From Lytechinus pictus (taxonomy: Eukaryota): a stretch of 64,000 bases of DNA. The translations under genes and the position numbers were made by a program. The DNA lies in the NCBI RefSeq assembly GCF_037042905.1, contig NC_087250.1:17546001-17610000 (forward strand), given 5' to 3'. Below the pieces are notes generated by a model. That model saw only the letters and a program-made list of their open reading frames with translations, had not been told where the DNA came from and ran no database searches. Of this stretch, positions 39,108 to 50,545 are shown in pieces (the stretch's first letter is position 1; each line of letters starts with the position of its first letter).

Positions 39108-39483
39108 TTAATCATTGTTTATGTCACTTTGTTCTTTTCTGGCTCATTTTTTTGCATGAATAGAGAGAAATGAATTGGCTGAGCGGAATGCAAGACACAG
39201 CCAGATAACAAAATTGCTGGAATGCATGAAGCCAGGCTAGATGAATTAGATTGGAGTTTGGACTGTAGGCCTATTTAAGATTTAAACATCGATGGCCAAA
39301 TTATGATGACAGGAATCGTGTATTTCATATCTTCACCAAAAATTTTGCTTTAATTATTGAATGTAGGTGATGTACTGCCTTAGGCCTATCCATCTCTGAA
39401 TCTACCCCATCCTGCCATCAAGGTCATGCTCAAGGTCATGTTGAAGGGCAATTTGAAGGTCATAGTCAGCAAATAAAGAAGTC

Positions 39484-39597
39484 ATGGCATCACACAGCAG
39501 CAAAGAGAGCATACGAAGAATGATTTGGGATTATCTTGAAGAGAACGACCTAGCCGAGTTTCCACGGCCGGTACATCACAGGATACCAAACTTCAAG
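39484..39597 (+). CDS. MTHFSD: Methenyltetrahydrofolate synthase domain-containing protein, coding exon 1
   Basis: [38 protein letters not shown]; AAG|GTGAG donor; in-frame TAG upstream at 39463. [14 protein letters not shown] is the MTHFSD signature. Confidence 0.93.
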
Positions 39598-40111
39598 GTG
39601 AGGATCTGGTGTGATAAAACAATGCTAGACGTTACCGGTGGCCTGGGGCAATCATGAGAGTCGGCCACCAAAATTCTGAAAAAGCCCACAGTACTTGGTG
39701 GCCTGGATGGGCTACCAAATATTTTAATAAATTGTAATGTTTTGTATTGTTTTAGGGCCACCAAATTTGAAAATTATGAAATTTATGATTTTGATGGACT
39801 AATCGGGCCACCATGAAAAAAAAGTAAGTGTGGAGCCTTGGCTGAAATGATCTATTCATTTGGCTGTTTGGCGAGTGTGAACATGAACATGATTTTAAAT
39901 ATATATGGAAGTGCAATTCCTCTTTGCGAAAAGTTTTGTTTCAAACACTTTTCATTTGAAATTAGTGATGGTCAGAAGTAGTGTTTACCTGATGAGCTAC
40001 AGTATATAAACACTGATGTAGGGATTTCGCAATTATTTAGATAGGAAGTATAGTAAATCCACTTCTTTGGTTGATCGAATGCTAATATGCTATTTCATTT
40101 TCTCCATGTAG

Positions 40112-40225
40112 GGAGCAGCTGAAGCCTGCAATAGACTGGGTAGAATGGAGATCTTTCAGAAAGCTAAGACGATAAAAGTAAATCCAGACAAGCCGCAACA
40201 ACAAGCAAGATTCCTTGCTTTAGAG
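40112..40225 (+). CDS. MTHFSD: MTHFSD coding exon 2
   Basis: GAAEACNRLGRMEIFQKAKTIKVNPDKPQQQARFLALE; tag acceptor and GTCAGT donor. Confidence 0.93.
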
Positions 40226-40332
40226 GTCAGTATATTCATCATTGTATTTTGAGTGTTTATGAACCAGGGGTGGCCTGTAACACAAAGATTAGTGAATGAT
40301 CTTACAGTTGATTTTTAGGATTGATTGCACAT

Positions 40333-40516
40333 CAGGGGTGTGAGAGTTCAGATGTTTATCTGATTTCAGATTTTTTTGTTTTGATTTTCAGCTTAATTTC
40401 AGCTTATTTTTGGCCTTCCTCTGTACAAAAAGTATGGGAGCTCTTTCTATTTCAGACTTTTTCAACACTCTTCAGCTTTTTTCAGATCTTTTTATTTGTG
40501 ACCATTCACACCCCTG
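40333..40516 (+). mobile_element. CAGGGGTGTGAG MITE nested in a Harbinger-like remnant (~40265-40573)
   Basis: Near-identical to 11305-11489; flanks TTGCACAT / TTGCCCAT. Confidence 0.82.
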
Positions 40517-40923
40517 TTGCCCATAATAATCAGTCCTGAGATCAGTCTTTTAGTTTTGTGAAACGGGACCCTGGACATAGCTAGGTACTTGAGCAAGGCT
40601 TAGCGCCAGTCTTATTATTATAAAAGTAAAAGATAATTTACCAGACAGAGTATTGATTGGGAGTGTGTGGTTTATTAACAACACGGCCTCTTGGCCGGAT
40701 AAACGGATATTCGCACGCTGTACAGTGTAGCGACAATGCAAATCAACATTCATAATCAACACCTTGGCGTAGGAAAGATGGCATACAATTCGAGTGATTG
40801 ATTGTAAAGTTGACGTGTACCCTTGATTACACATAATGATGATACATTCAAGCATTGAAATCGGCCCGAAGCTCAAACTATAAGCAGTACATTTAGGACA
40901 GTATACAGCTATGCATGTAACAG

Positions 40924-41607
40924 CAGTGCTTCCACTCTTCAAAACGAAACTTCCTGGAATTTACACTGAAGTGAAAGTTCCTGGAATTGTACAAAATATC
41001 CTGGAATTTTACAAATTAATGTTCTCCAGTCTTCCATGAGATGTTATTATTCTCTTCTATACACAAAAAGATGAAATATAGGGCCCAGTGCCGTAATAAG
41101 CCAAACATTTTGAGGGGTTGAAACCTGACCCTCGGGCAAAATTTATTAAGAGTTGAGTGCGAGCGAAGCGAGCAAGCAAAAATTTTGACATTTTAATTAC
41201 AAAGATCCATTTTGTGACAGATTTGACATAATATTTAGAAAAAAATAGAAAATAATATCATTCCCAGGAATGATATTGAATTCCTGGGCCCAGTCTTACA
41301 AAGAGTTACGATTGATCCAATCAATCGTAACTCTATGAAAATCCATTAGTGTCATAATTTTTTCTACAGGAAATTTGCAAAATGTCCTTTGTAAACAAAG
41401 AAGAACACACCAAATTGTCCAGAAATCAATGAATTTATGGATATACATTTGTATCTAGAACAAATTTTGAACAAACATGCATTTTATATGTTGACATTGC
41501 TGGCTTTCCATAGTTGCGGTTGATCAGATCAATCGCAACTCTTTGTAAGACACCCTGCTGGAAAACTTCCCGGAATTCCCTGGATTCCGGGAAGAGTGGA
41601 CGCACTG
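40924..41607. mobile_element. hAT-like MITE with nested elements
   Basis: CAGTGCTTCCACTCTT / AAGAGTGGACGCACTG; 8-bp TSD TGTAACAG; ttcctggaatt subterminal repeats. Confidence 0.82.
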
Positions 41608-42123
41608 TGTAACAGTATGAATATTGCACATTCAGCCTCCCATTTGCTCGAGTATGTAAAACAAGCTAAGTATTTCTTGTACAATAATGAAAGAATAATG
41701 AAATTATACTTTACATGAAAGAAGAAATTATAAACAACTGAACGCTTCCTTCATAGATTTGAAGATAAATGAAAGTAGTGGCAGTAAAAACTGATTTTCC
41801 GAGAAAGTCTAAAACCAAAAGTTATTGTCAATATATCGCTGAAGATTGTCAACACAGATAACACACGTGTGGGGCAGTCACATTGTATTATTATTTGAGG
41901 TAACAATCTCATTCTGGGAAAAGCGCTATATAAATATTCGCTATTATTATTATTATTTCTTGGAAAATGACACAACATTTGGCTTGAATCCCATGCTTAA
42001 TTTGCCAATTTCTACCAAAATCCTTTAGCACAAAAAAAGACACTTGGGGTCATCTTAGCAGATTCTATTTGAACTCATTTTGAGATTGTTGCCACAACTG
42101 TCATTTCTCTTTGATATCCTCAG

Positions 42124-42237
42124 GCACATAAAACGCTGTTAGTCCCTACTCCTCGGCTCCGGACCGGTCTGTTCAATAGGATTACCCCTCCAGCTGGGGC
42201 TAACAAGAAGATGCTTAGAACCTGTTCATCTTCACAG
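42124..42237 (+). CDS. MTHFSD: MTHFSD coding exon 3
   Basis: [38 protein letters not shown]; cag acceptor and GTAAAT donor. Confidence 0.95.
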
Positions 42238-42475
42238 GTAAATATCTCCTCTAGCCCCCCCTATCACCACCACGAACATCCCTGTGGCATCGATTCACCC
42301 CCCTCCAAAAAAGAAACTTTGTTTGCTGTAACCCTTCCAGAGATGTCAAGTTCGAAGACCAGCTGAGCGTGAGATATTCTGTGACTTGGTTAGAGATCAC
42401 AGGTATTGCATGTAATATGGGGATAGGCTGTGGTACATCATGCATGAGAAGGGAATTGGGGGGAATGAGTGAGAG

Positions 42476-42906
42476 CAGATCTGCCAACCAGTCCGATCTA
42501 GCCGTATTTAGTACGTTTTTGCAACCAAAATATGGCAGTACGTTTTTTCTTTGAAAAATACGTTTTTTGTAAAAAAAACTAAATCATAATTTATTGAGAA
42601 AAATAATCTCTTCATGTCTCTATTTCATAAAACGTGCACAAATATGGTTATTAGATCAATGTAATATCAGGTAACTTGTTTTTTTTTTTTCAATCATTTT
42701 GTTCAAACCAGGGTGAAGATATACACATGTTTTAATGTTTGTTTTTTCATCTGCAAGAGCAGTGCACATTTTAGCTTGCATGCAGCTTGAGCGCCGCGAT
42801 GAGCGAGTGCGCCAAGCATTTTATTATGAAATACACTCTTTTGGGGAAAAATACAGTTTTTTTTATCACAGAATACAGTTTTTCATTCCCAGAGGTTGGC
42901 GGTCTG
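42476..42906. mobile_element. CAG-ended MITE with 6-bp TSD
   Basis: CAGATCTGCCAACC / GGTTGGCGGTCTG; TGAGAG on both flanks. Confidence 0.75.
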
Positions 42907-43622
42907 TGAGAGTCCCATAAGCTGGAGTCTCATGCTTTACTCTAGTAAAACCTGCTGAATTTTATGTTATATTCCAATTTGCCCCCCCCCCATAAAAATA
43001 TAACAATAGAAATAAAAATGAATAAATAATTAAAAGTGTGGTGACTGCTCCTAATTTCCATCATGATTTTGTTTTTACAAAAGTGGTTTATGAAAATTTG
43101 AAATGAAAAAATAATAAATACAATCAATCAATCTATCAATCAATCAATCGAACGATCAGTCAATCAATAAATGAAAATATGGTGAATAGCATGGTAGAAC
43201 ATAGTCCATATTGTGAACAGAGGACACTTGTGTTGTCTTACTGACCCTTTTTTTTTTTTTTGGGGGGGGGGGGTGAGGGCTCAATGTCTTCAATGAATAT
43301 CTGACTACGTCTACTAGCGTATCCAGCATCAACTATGACAAAGAAATGTATGGGCCCATGCACAAGCATAATAGAGTCACTATTGTCCCCAGACAATTGG
43401 GTCCATGAAATGCTTTGTACATGTAGGATCTGATGCTGGATATACGCACCTGACATCAGTTTGAATATTCATGTTTACGGTAAGCTGTATTCTATGCTCC
43501 TGGGCTTTTTTACTGCCGCATTAATGTTAAAAGGCAATCTTTTCCGTCAGTTGGGTGACATTAAATTTGTTGCTTTTGATCAAGACTTTTGCCATGAGAG
43601 AGAGAAAGAAAGATGCTTCAAT

Positions 43623-43744
43623 CAGTGGCGGACCTGCCGGACCATGACCCGGAGGAGACAAAGCATTAGAGGGACACAGCATTGTTCACAAACAATACAG
43701 TGCCCCTCCAATCATTGTCTACTCCGGGTCACGGTCTGCCACTG
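43623..43744. mobile_element. Short palindromic hAT-like MITE
   Basis: CAGTGGCGGACC / GGTCTGCCACTG; 8-bp TSD GCTTCAAT. Confidence 0.82.
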
Positions 43745-43830
43745 GCTTCAATAATATAGCAGTCGCAGCTCATTTTGCTTCTTTGTCAGTTATAAACTTA
43801 TTTTACATGAATTTTTATTCTAAAATACAG

Positions 43831-43921
43831 GGTGTAAGGCAATACAGTGCACCAGTAGGCCTGGATGCAGAGGTCAAGGTTGACCTGGTCATCATCGGGT
43901 CAGTCGCTGTCTCTCCTAAAG
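43831..43921 (+). CDS. MTHFSD: MTHFSD coding exon 4
   Basis: GVRQYSAPVGLDAEVKVDLVIIGSVAVSPK(G); cag acceptor and GTAAC donor. Confidence 0.95.
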
Positions 43922-44476
43922 GTAACACTGTCCCTCACTTAATCAATTGAAAAAAAAAGAAAAAAATCTTCATTGATCAACTTTTGTTCCTCAAATTGGT
44001 AACACCAATATTTTTCTTTCATTGCTACAGTTATTAATTTCGACATTTTTCCTAAAAATCAACTGTAAGATCAGTTTTCTCTATCACTTTTCACTGGGAA
44101 TTTTTATTTGTTCTATTTTTCTAGCCCATTTCATTTTTCATAGAGAGTTAATGTCAGTTGAGATCATCCTACTTCAGCTATGACTTCATTTCCCTTTTGA
44201 TTCTGTCACCGTGATATCAATTTAAACCAAATCATGTATCCTGTGGGTAATAGCATAACATATCACATTCAACCACAAGTATAGAGATGCAGCATCTTTC
44301 TGAAGTTATTCATATTAGTTTTCTAGTTCATATGAGTAGTTGTGATTTGCTCAAATCATCATGGCTTTAGCAGTTCATGAAATAATGTAATAGTGGAGAA
44401 AAATGGGGTAGGACGTAAAAAAAAAAGATAGTTATGAAATTTCCCTATATTTTTTTTCTCCCCTTGGTTTGTCCAG

Positions 44477-45201
44477 GTTACAGAATCGGGAAGGGTGAAG
44501 GATATGCAGACATGGAGTTTGCCATGATGTCATCAATGGGTGCGGTCAACAAGGATACAGTTGTCATAACGACGGTCCATGACTGCCAAGTTCAAGATGA
44601 CCTCCCTGATCATTTATTCGGAGACCATGATCTGGGCGTCGATCTCATCATGACGCCGACGAGGACCATTGAGTGCGAGAATAAACGTGCGAGGCCAAAA
44701 GGTATCGTCTGGGAACTGCTGACGAGGGAGAAATTTTCGCAGATTCCGGTGTTGAAGGTTCTTAGGAGACAGGAAGCAGAGATGGGCATTGATGTCAGGC
44801 TGAAGGAAGAAAGATCTGAAGGTGGTGTTGAATGTCACACAGCAAAGGAGCGTATAGACAGAAGAGTAGAGGAGAGTGGTAGATTTGTAGACTCATCCAC
44901 AGCCGCTACTGCAAAAAATTATAGCAATGATGAAGCGTCACTGTTAAGAATGCATGGCAAAATGCCTGGTGTGGAGTCTAGTTTCAAAGAAAAAAGATAT
45001 ACATCAGACAGAATGGACGCAAGAGTTTCTCAAGGATTGGGGGATAAGAAGAGTGGAGACAATGATAAAAATGGGACAGATGAAAGGTCAAAAGGATATG
45101 AAATGAAGGGTCAAAGTGCAAATAATAGTAAAAGGTCAAAAGGTCATAAGCCAAACTCTGGAAGAAGAAAAGATCTAGCTGGTATGTTTGCGTGGAACTA
45201 A
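44477..45201 (+). CDS. MTHFSD: MTHFSD coding exon 5 (rest of the cyclo-ligase-like domain plus charged tail)
   Basis: ccag acceptor; (G)YRIGKGEGYADMEFAMM...TTVHDCQV...HDLGVDLIMTPTR. Ends either at TAA 45201 or at a G|GTATGT donor after 45181, so the 3' end is uncertain. Confidence 0.88.
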
Positions 45202-45321
45202 TCCTTTTCGGTTGTTTTTCTTCTAGTTTCACTGATTATATGTGCAAAAGTGAGCCACCAGCATTACATTGGTGATACTGAACAAATAATTAATTTGCAA
45301 ATTACCCCTCTGATGGATATA

Positions 45322-45575
45322 AATAAATAATAAAATAATATAGGATTTGTATAGCACACGTATCCACCTTACTAGGTGCTCAAGGCGCTCCTATATTACC
45401 CCGGCTAAGCTAGTCTACCGATTCTGGTGCGCACAGCTTTTTGAGGAATTACTTCCTGTCAGTACCCATTTACCTCACCTGGGTCGAGTGCTGAAGGAAA
45501 ACACGCCATGGCTAGGATTCGAACCCACGACCCTCTGTTTGAAAGGCGAGAGTCAGAACCACTTGACCATGACGC
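45322..45575 (-). mobile_element. tRNA-derived SINE
   Basis: Minus strand A box TGGTCAAGTGG, B box GGTTCGAATCC, core gcactcgacccaggtgaggtaaatgggtac, and an AT-rich tail. Confidence 0.85.
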
Positions 45576-46129
45576 ACCCTAATATCTAAGCAACTGAACT
45601 GAACTGGACTATTTTGTGAATGCCTTATAGTGGTGCATTCAGCCACTTCTGTAAAGCCTTCAGTTTCATGTTTCACATGATGGCATATTAGTTCAAATAA
45701 TAATAATAATAATCCGCTTTTATATAGCGCTTAATACATCGGAACAACATGTCTAAGCGCTTGTTCAAAGGCCATAAAAGTCATATTTCTTTGATTCATC
45801 AAATCCATTATTGATTATTGTATGTTTTTATTATTCTTGCATCATGGTTGAAACACATGTAGTTTAACAAACAATGCTACTTCTTCTTCTTCTTCGACTA
45901 CAGCAGAGGAAGAAGAAGGAGAAGTAGCATTGTTTGTAAAACTTGAAAGATTTTGATCTGTAATTGAATTAGGAGTGAATATTTTTTCCTTAATGATGAG
46001 TATTTTGGCTGCCATTTCTCTCTCAATGGACTCAGTGGAGCATGAAAAAACATCTCCACCCCCCCCAAAAAAAAAATGTGCAAATCAGTTCATTGATGTG
46101 GCCAAATGTCACCTGCTTAGGTTCATTAA

Positions 46130-46604
46130 AGGGGAAGTTCACCCTGATAAAAAAAAATTGTAAAAATAGCAGAAAAAATAATAAAATGTATTTGTGAAGG
46201 TTTGAGGAAAATCCATTGAAGATTAAGAAATTTCAAGTTTTTGATTTGTGAGGCCATAAACGAGCAACTGCCTTATAAGTTATGTGATATAAAGTGCATT
46301 ATTTTCATTTTTTAATGGTTCGTGATGACTTATTTTTTCTTTAGGAGAAGGTGTGAAATCATTTGTGTATTGATATACTGAAGGTACTATAAAATCTTTT
46401 CATATTTTCTGAGAAAATGACATTTCACTGATTTTTTTACCATCTGATATGTAGGAAAGCTTCTTGCACATGACGTCACAACTCACAAATCAAAGAATTA
46501 AAATTCTATTAACTTTTTTATTCTTTGATGGATTTTCCTCAAACCCTCGCCAATATTTTTTCTTCTATTTTTACAATAAACTTTTTTCAGGGTGAACTTC
46601 CCCT
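46130..46604. mobile_element. TTAA-flanked Kolobok-like MITE
   Basis: ttaa-AGGGGAAGTTCACCCTGA ... TCAGGGTGAACTTCCCCT-ttaa; perfect 18-bp TIR. Confidence 0.88.
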
Positions 46605-47284
46605 TTAAATCATTGGAAATTAGCCTGGTTCCAAACAGATACGAACCAGCCTAATTTACACTGATTTCGATAAGGTCTATTTGATATTTCATCTGGCCAT
46701 ACATTGAACCACCATAAACTAATTCGTGAATGTGAAATTTGATGTGTGGAGGTTTTTTCATATCAAGCATTTTGATATCATAAATTATGGTCTTAAAATT
46801 GCCAAGTACCCCTCCCCTCCCCCAATTATAATTATTATGACATTTCAGTATTCAATATCTTTATATGTATTAAAAATATATTATGATGATATATTCCCAC
46901 CAACTGCACTGTTACATTGTTTTGTCTGTTAATGTGCATGAAATTTATTTAAGAAAAAATGAATACAAGTACAGTAATTTATTCATCTTTTGATTTATTT
47001 TACATTTATTAATTAATTTGATAAAATCTGAAGGATTTGGAGGACTGGCCAGCATACAATGGGGAGGGGGTGTGTCTTGTGCCTTCAATGGCCAAGGAAA
47101 AAATGTGTGATATGATGTTAATTTCATAGTATGTCGAAATCTATTATAAAATTAGATTTTCATTGAAATAATCAATATTTTAGCTTGCTCACTTCGTTTG
47201 CACTAGACTTTTAAGAAATTTTTTTCCACTCAGTGACATTGTGTCCTCATTTTTTTTTTTTGCTCTTTACACCTCTGGGTTAGA

Positions 47285-48320
47285 GATAAATATAGCAAAA
47301 GTGGAAGAACAACATGAGAAATGGAGATATAAATTAAAGATGGACAGAGAGGGGGAAGGAATGAAGGGATGGGAGGGAGAGGGGGAGTAAGAAATGAAGG
47401 AGAGAGGGATGGATAGAGCGAAATACAGAATGTGAATGAGAGAGGGTTGGGAAGAAAGAGGGTGGGATCAGCTAGAAAAGATGAAGTGTGGGGAAATGGT
47501 AGTGAAAAATTTGTTTGTGAAAGGAGGAGATTGTATTAGCCAGTTATTAGTGTTGGCTGTGTGAAGGATCGAAGAGAAAGTGGCGGTTGTCAAAGAGAAG
47601 AAAGGAAAGAAAAAAAGGGGGAAAGAAGAATGAAAGCAAAGAGAGTGGACTGCAAAGGAAAGGGAGGAGAGGAGAAGCCCGGGGAGGGGAAGTAGAAAGG
47701 AAGGAAGTAAAGAAAAGGATGAGGAATGACAGAAAGGTATAACTTAATAAGCTACCATGGTTATAGGAAAATAGAGCTACAGGAAATGAAAGGGGGGAAT
47801 AGAATAGTAAAGATGAAAGAATGAATGAGTGAAAATGAAGGATAAAAGTAAAGATAAGAGAACGATGAAAAGGAGAGGTCTGAGATGAGAAGGAAAGAGG
47901 GGGAAAGGAATAGAAATACAATTAAAGAAGGTGGGAAAGGAGACATGCATGGAAAAAAAACTAGTTAGCAAACGAGAAATGGAAAAGAAAGCTAAATGTC
48001 AAAGGAAAAGAGAAGAAAAGAAGGATGAAAGTAAAAAAAAAGAAAGTGGTTGAGAAATGAAAGTGAGGTACACTCTATAAAAAAAAAGGATTGTGAAATC
48101 AACATTTTGAAAGGTATAGGAGGAGTGACTTTCCTGAATGCTATATTTAAATTAACATGGTTCGATCCAACACTTAAAATGTTGGATTCAGCTTTGCGGA
48201 AAGTTAGATATTACATTTCAAAAATGTTGTGGAAAAGGGGCTTAAGGATTAAATGAAAAAGTGGAGAGGTATGAAAGAGAAGCAAAGAATGAATGAAAGG
48301 AAAGAAAAGAGAGGAGTGAG
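47285..48320. repeat. Purine-rich (GA) low-complexity tract
   Basis: ~1 kb of G/A-dominated sequence upstream of the candidate BRD10 promoter. Confidence 0.8.
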
Positions 48321-48789
48321 AACACGGCCCTGGGAAGCAGGATGCACCCCCAAGATTTTCCTTGGGGGATGCTGCGTGTATTATTGTCCATATATAGGCA
48401 GCACCTTTTGGAATTCTGGTGGTGTTCATGGAGAAATGTAAACAAAATTACCTATATATTGTAACGAAACCGTTTTTTTTTCTTGCGATACTTCCCTGGA
48501 CCAAAATGACCTTCATTTTGTAGTGAAACCTTTTTTTTTTTTGGGGGGGGGGGGCTTGTCAAATTTACATCAGCACCGGGCCCTGGGTGAGAATTGTAAA
48601 AGAGATAAAAAAAATAGATAGCTAAGAAGAGTTACATAGCCTCATTGAATACCCTCCTGTTTGTTTTATTTAAACTGAATAAAAAAATAAAGTGATAAAA
48701 AAGACGGTGGTCCCCCCCCCCAAAAAAAAAAAACGCTCACAATAGCATAGCAAGAGGGCGCAATAACCGAAAAGAGAATTTATTTTCGC

Positions 48790-48953
48790 TAATTCTGCAC
48801 ATGCGCATTTTAACTCGAACTGACACTGGTTTGACGACGAGCCGGCGAACTACAGTGGGAAAAACCCTGTTTTTAGTGAAAATTCAGGTGAACTGAAGGG
48901 GTTGGCTGCAAATTCTCAATTTTGTTACCTTGGAAAGTGTCATTTGAGTAAGT
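48790..48953 (+). promoter_or_regulatory. Candidate promoter and non-coding first exon of BRD10
   Basis: CpG-rich patch with an NRF1/P3A2-like GCACATGCGCA near 48797 and a GTAAGT donor near 48948, upstream of the acceptor ending at 52073. Confidence 0.4.
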
Positions 48954-49572
48954 ACATTGAATTTTCTTTTCAATTCAGTACTCGATCAATGAGAAACTTT
49001 GAAGTATTTTGCGGTCGACTTTGTGTGCTCGCGCGAATGATCTGAACAGAGGAGTCATGTGTGTGTGTCAAGTTGGATTTGCACGGATAATGAATGAGAG
49101 AAGCAGCCTCGCCTAAGCCGAGACAGTGAAGCCAACGCAAATTAGCGCCTCAATCCTGCCGGATGCACCGGGCTGCAAAAACTGTAAAATCGGCGAGTGT
49201 CCTGTTGTGCGACATTTGTAGTGTAGAGTGTATTTGCTTGCCAAACTATGTTGTATGTGGGTGAATATGATGTGTTATTATATTTTTTGTCTGATTACTA
49301 AAAAAAAAAATCAAAATCTAAACTTTGTCTTTGACTCTGACTCTGAGTTTGATTGATTGAACTTTTGAAGGACCAGCTTGTTTAAATTAAACTTTAACAA
49401 GAATGAAAAAGACAGTTTGATTCAGAAAAGAACACCAATTCATTACATTAGTCCTAGTACTTTGCACCGGCTGACATCGTTGCAAATTTCCCCACCTGAA
49501 AATTATTCGCAAACGAGTTCCTCGAAGGCTCGATCACATTTCAACTTCAAGGGCAAGGCTAATATTAAATAA

Positions 49573-50019
49573 CAGTAGAGGCGCACGGCCAATATTGGAG
49601 ACTGTCTCCAATGTGGGAGATTATCTCCAATATCAGAGACTTTTGTAAAGAATTTGGGTATCCAATTTCAGAGACAGTCTCCAGTTTTGGAGACCAATTT
49701 CCTTTGTTTACATTTGCTGAAAAAGGATTATCTTGGCGGCAAATAAAAATGTGATAAGGAGATTCCTCATGAAAAATTACCCCTTTTCACCGTCTACTTT
49801 AAAAATTCACCACCTACTTTTGTTTTGATAAGGATTTTTGTTGTCAATCACACACAAAACAAATGGGCTTCTGACCTCAGTGAGACAAAATTTTGGGTGG
49901 AAAAAATCATGCTTTTGTTGGTGTTGTTTCTTTTGTCCTTTTGCAAAGCAAGTCTCCAATGTGGGAGATTGTCTCCCCTATTGGAGAGAGTCTCCCATAT
50001 TGGCCGTGCGCCTCTACTG
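49573..50019. mobile_element. MITE nested in an older palindromic element (~49455-50490)
   Basis: TIR CAGTAGAGGCGCACGGCCAATAT / ATATTGGCCGTGCGCCTCTACTG; host arms pair 50030-50200 with 50245-50400. Confidence 0.8.
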
Positions 50020-50545
50020 ATTAATATCATGCCCTCCACTAATGTCTGAATATTGCTATCGGGAATGGCTGTATTTCGGCTTCGATCTTAATTTACTTTA
50101 GACTTAGTCATCGTTCGAATTCTTAATCTCAGACAGACATCGCTTCGCTTGAGCATGGCTTTGCCGTAATTTTGATATGGAATGAAGTTATTGACCAAAA
50201 TCATGCAAAGAGCGTGAACAAACGGGTGAGCTGCACAGGCAAATCTTTTGGTCACTTACTTCAGTCCATATCAAAATCACGGCGAAGCCAAGCTCTTAGT
50301 CTTAGCGATGTCTGAATGAAAATTCTAACAATGAGGTTGAGATCGCAGCCGAAATACAGCCGCTCCCGATGGCGATATTCGGAAAACGGTGGGCATATTG
50401 TTTATTGACCTAGAAGTGTGACTGAGAGACTTGCCATGCCAGTGGGAAATTTGCTCGAAGAAGTCGGTCAGTGCGAAACTGCAATAGTGCCCAGAAAAGT
50501 TTAGTCTTTAGATCTAGACCTATTCTATGGCTAATGTTTGTTTAA

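Noticed and set aside
39484-42237. Three consecutive MTHFSD coding segments of exactly 114 nt
   Set aside because: The encoded peptides are unrelated to each other, so there is no exon-duplication signal; probably coincidence.
45500-45575. tRNA-like sequence (also 61659-61725)
   Set aside because: A and B boxes are present but run directly into a SINE body and tail with no proper acceptor stem, so these are SINE heads.
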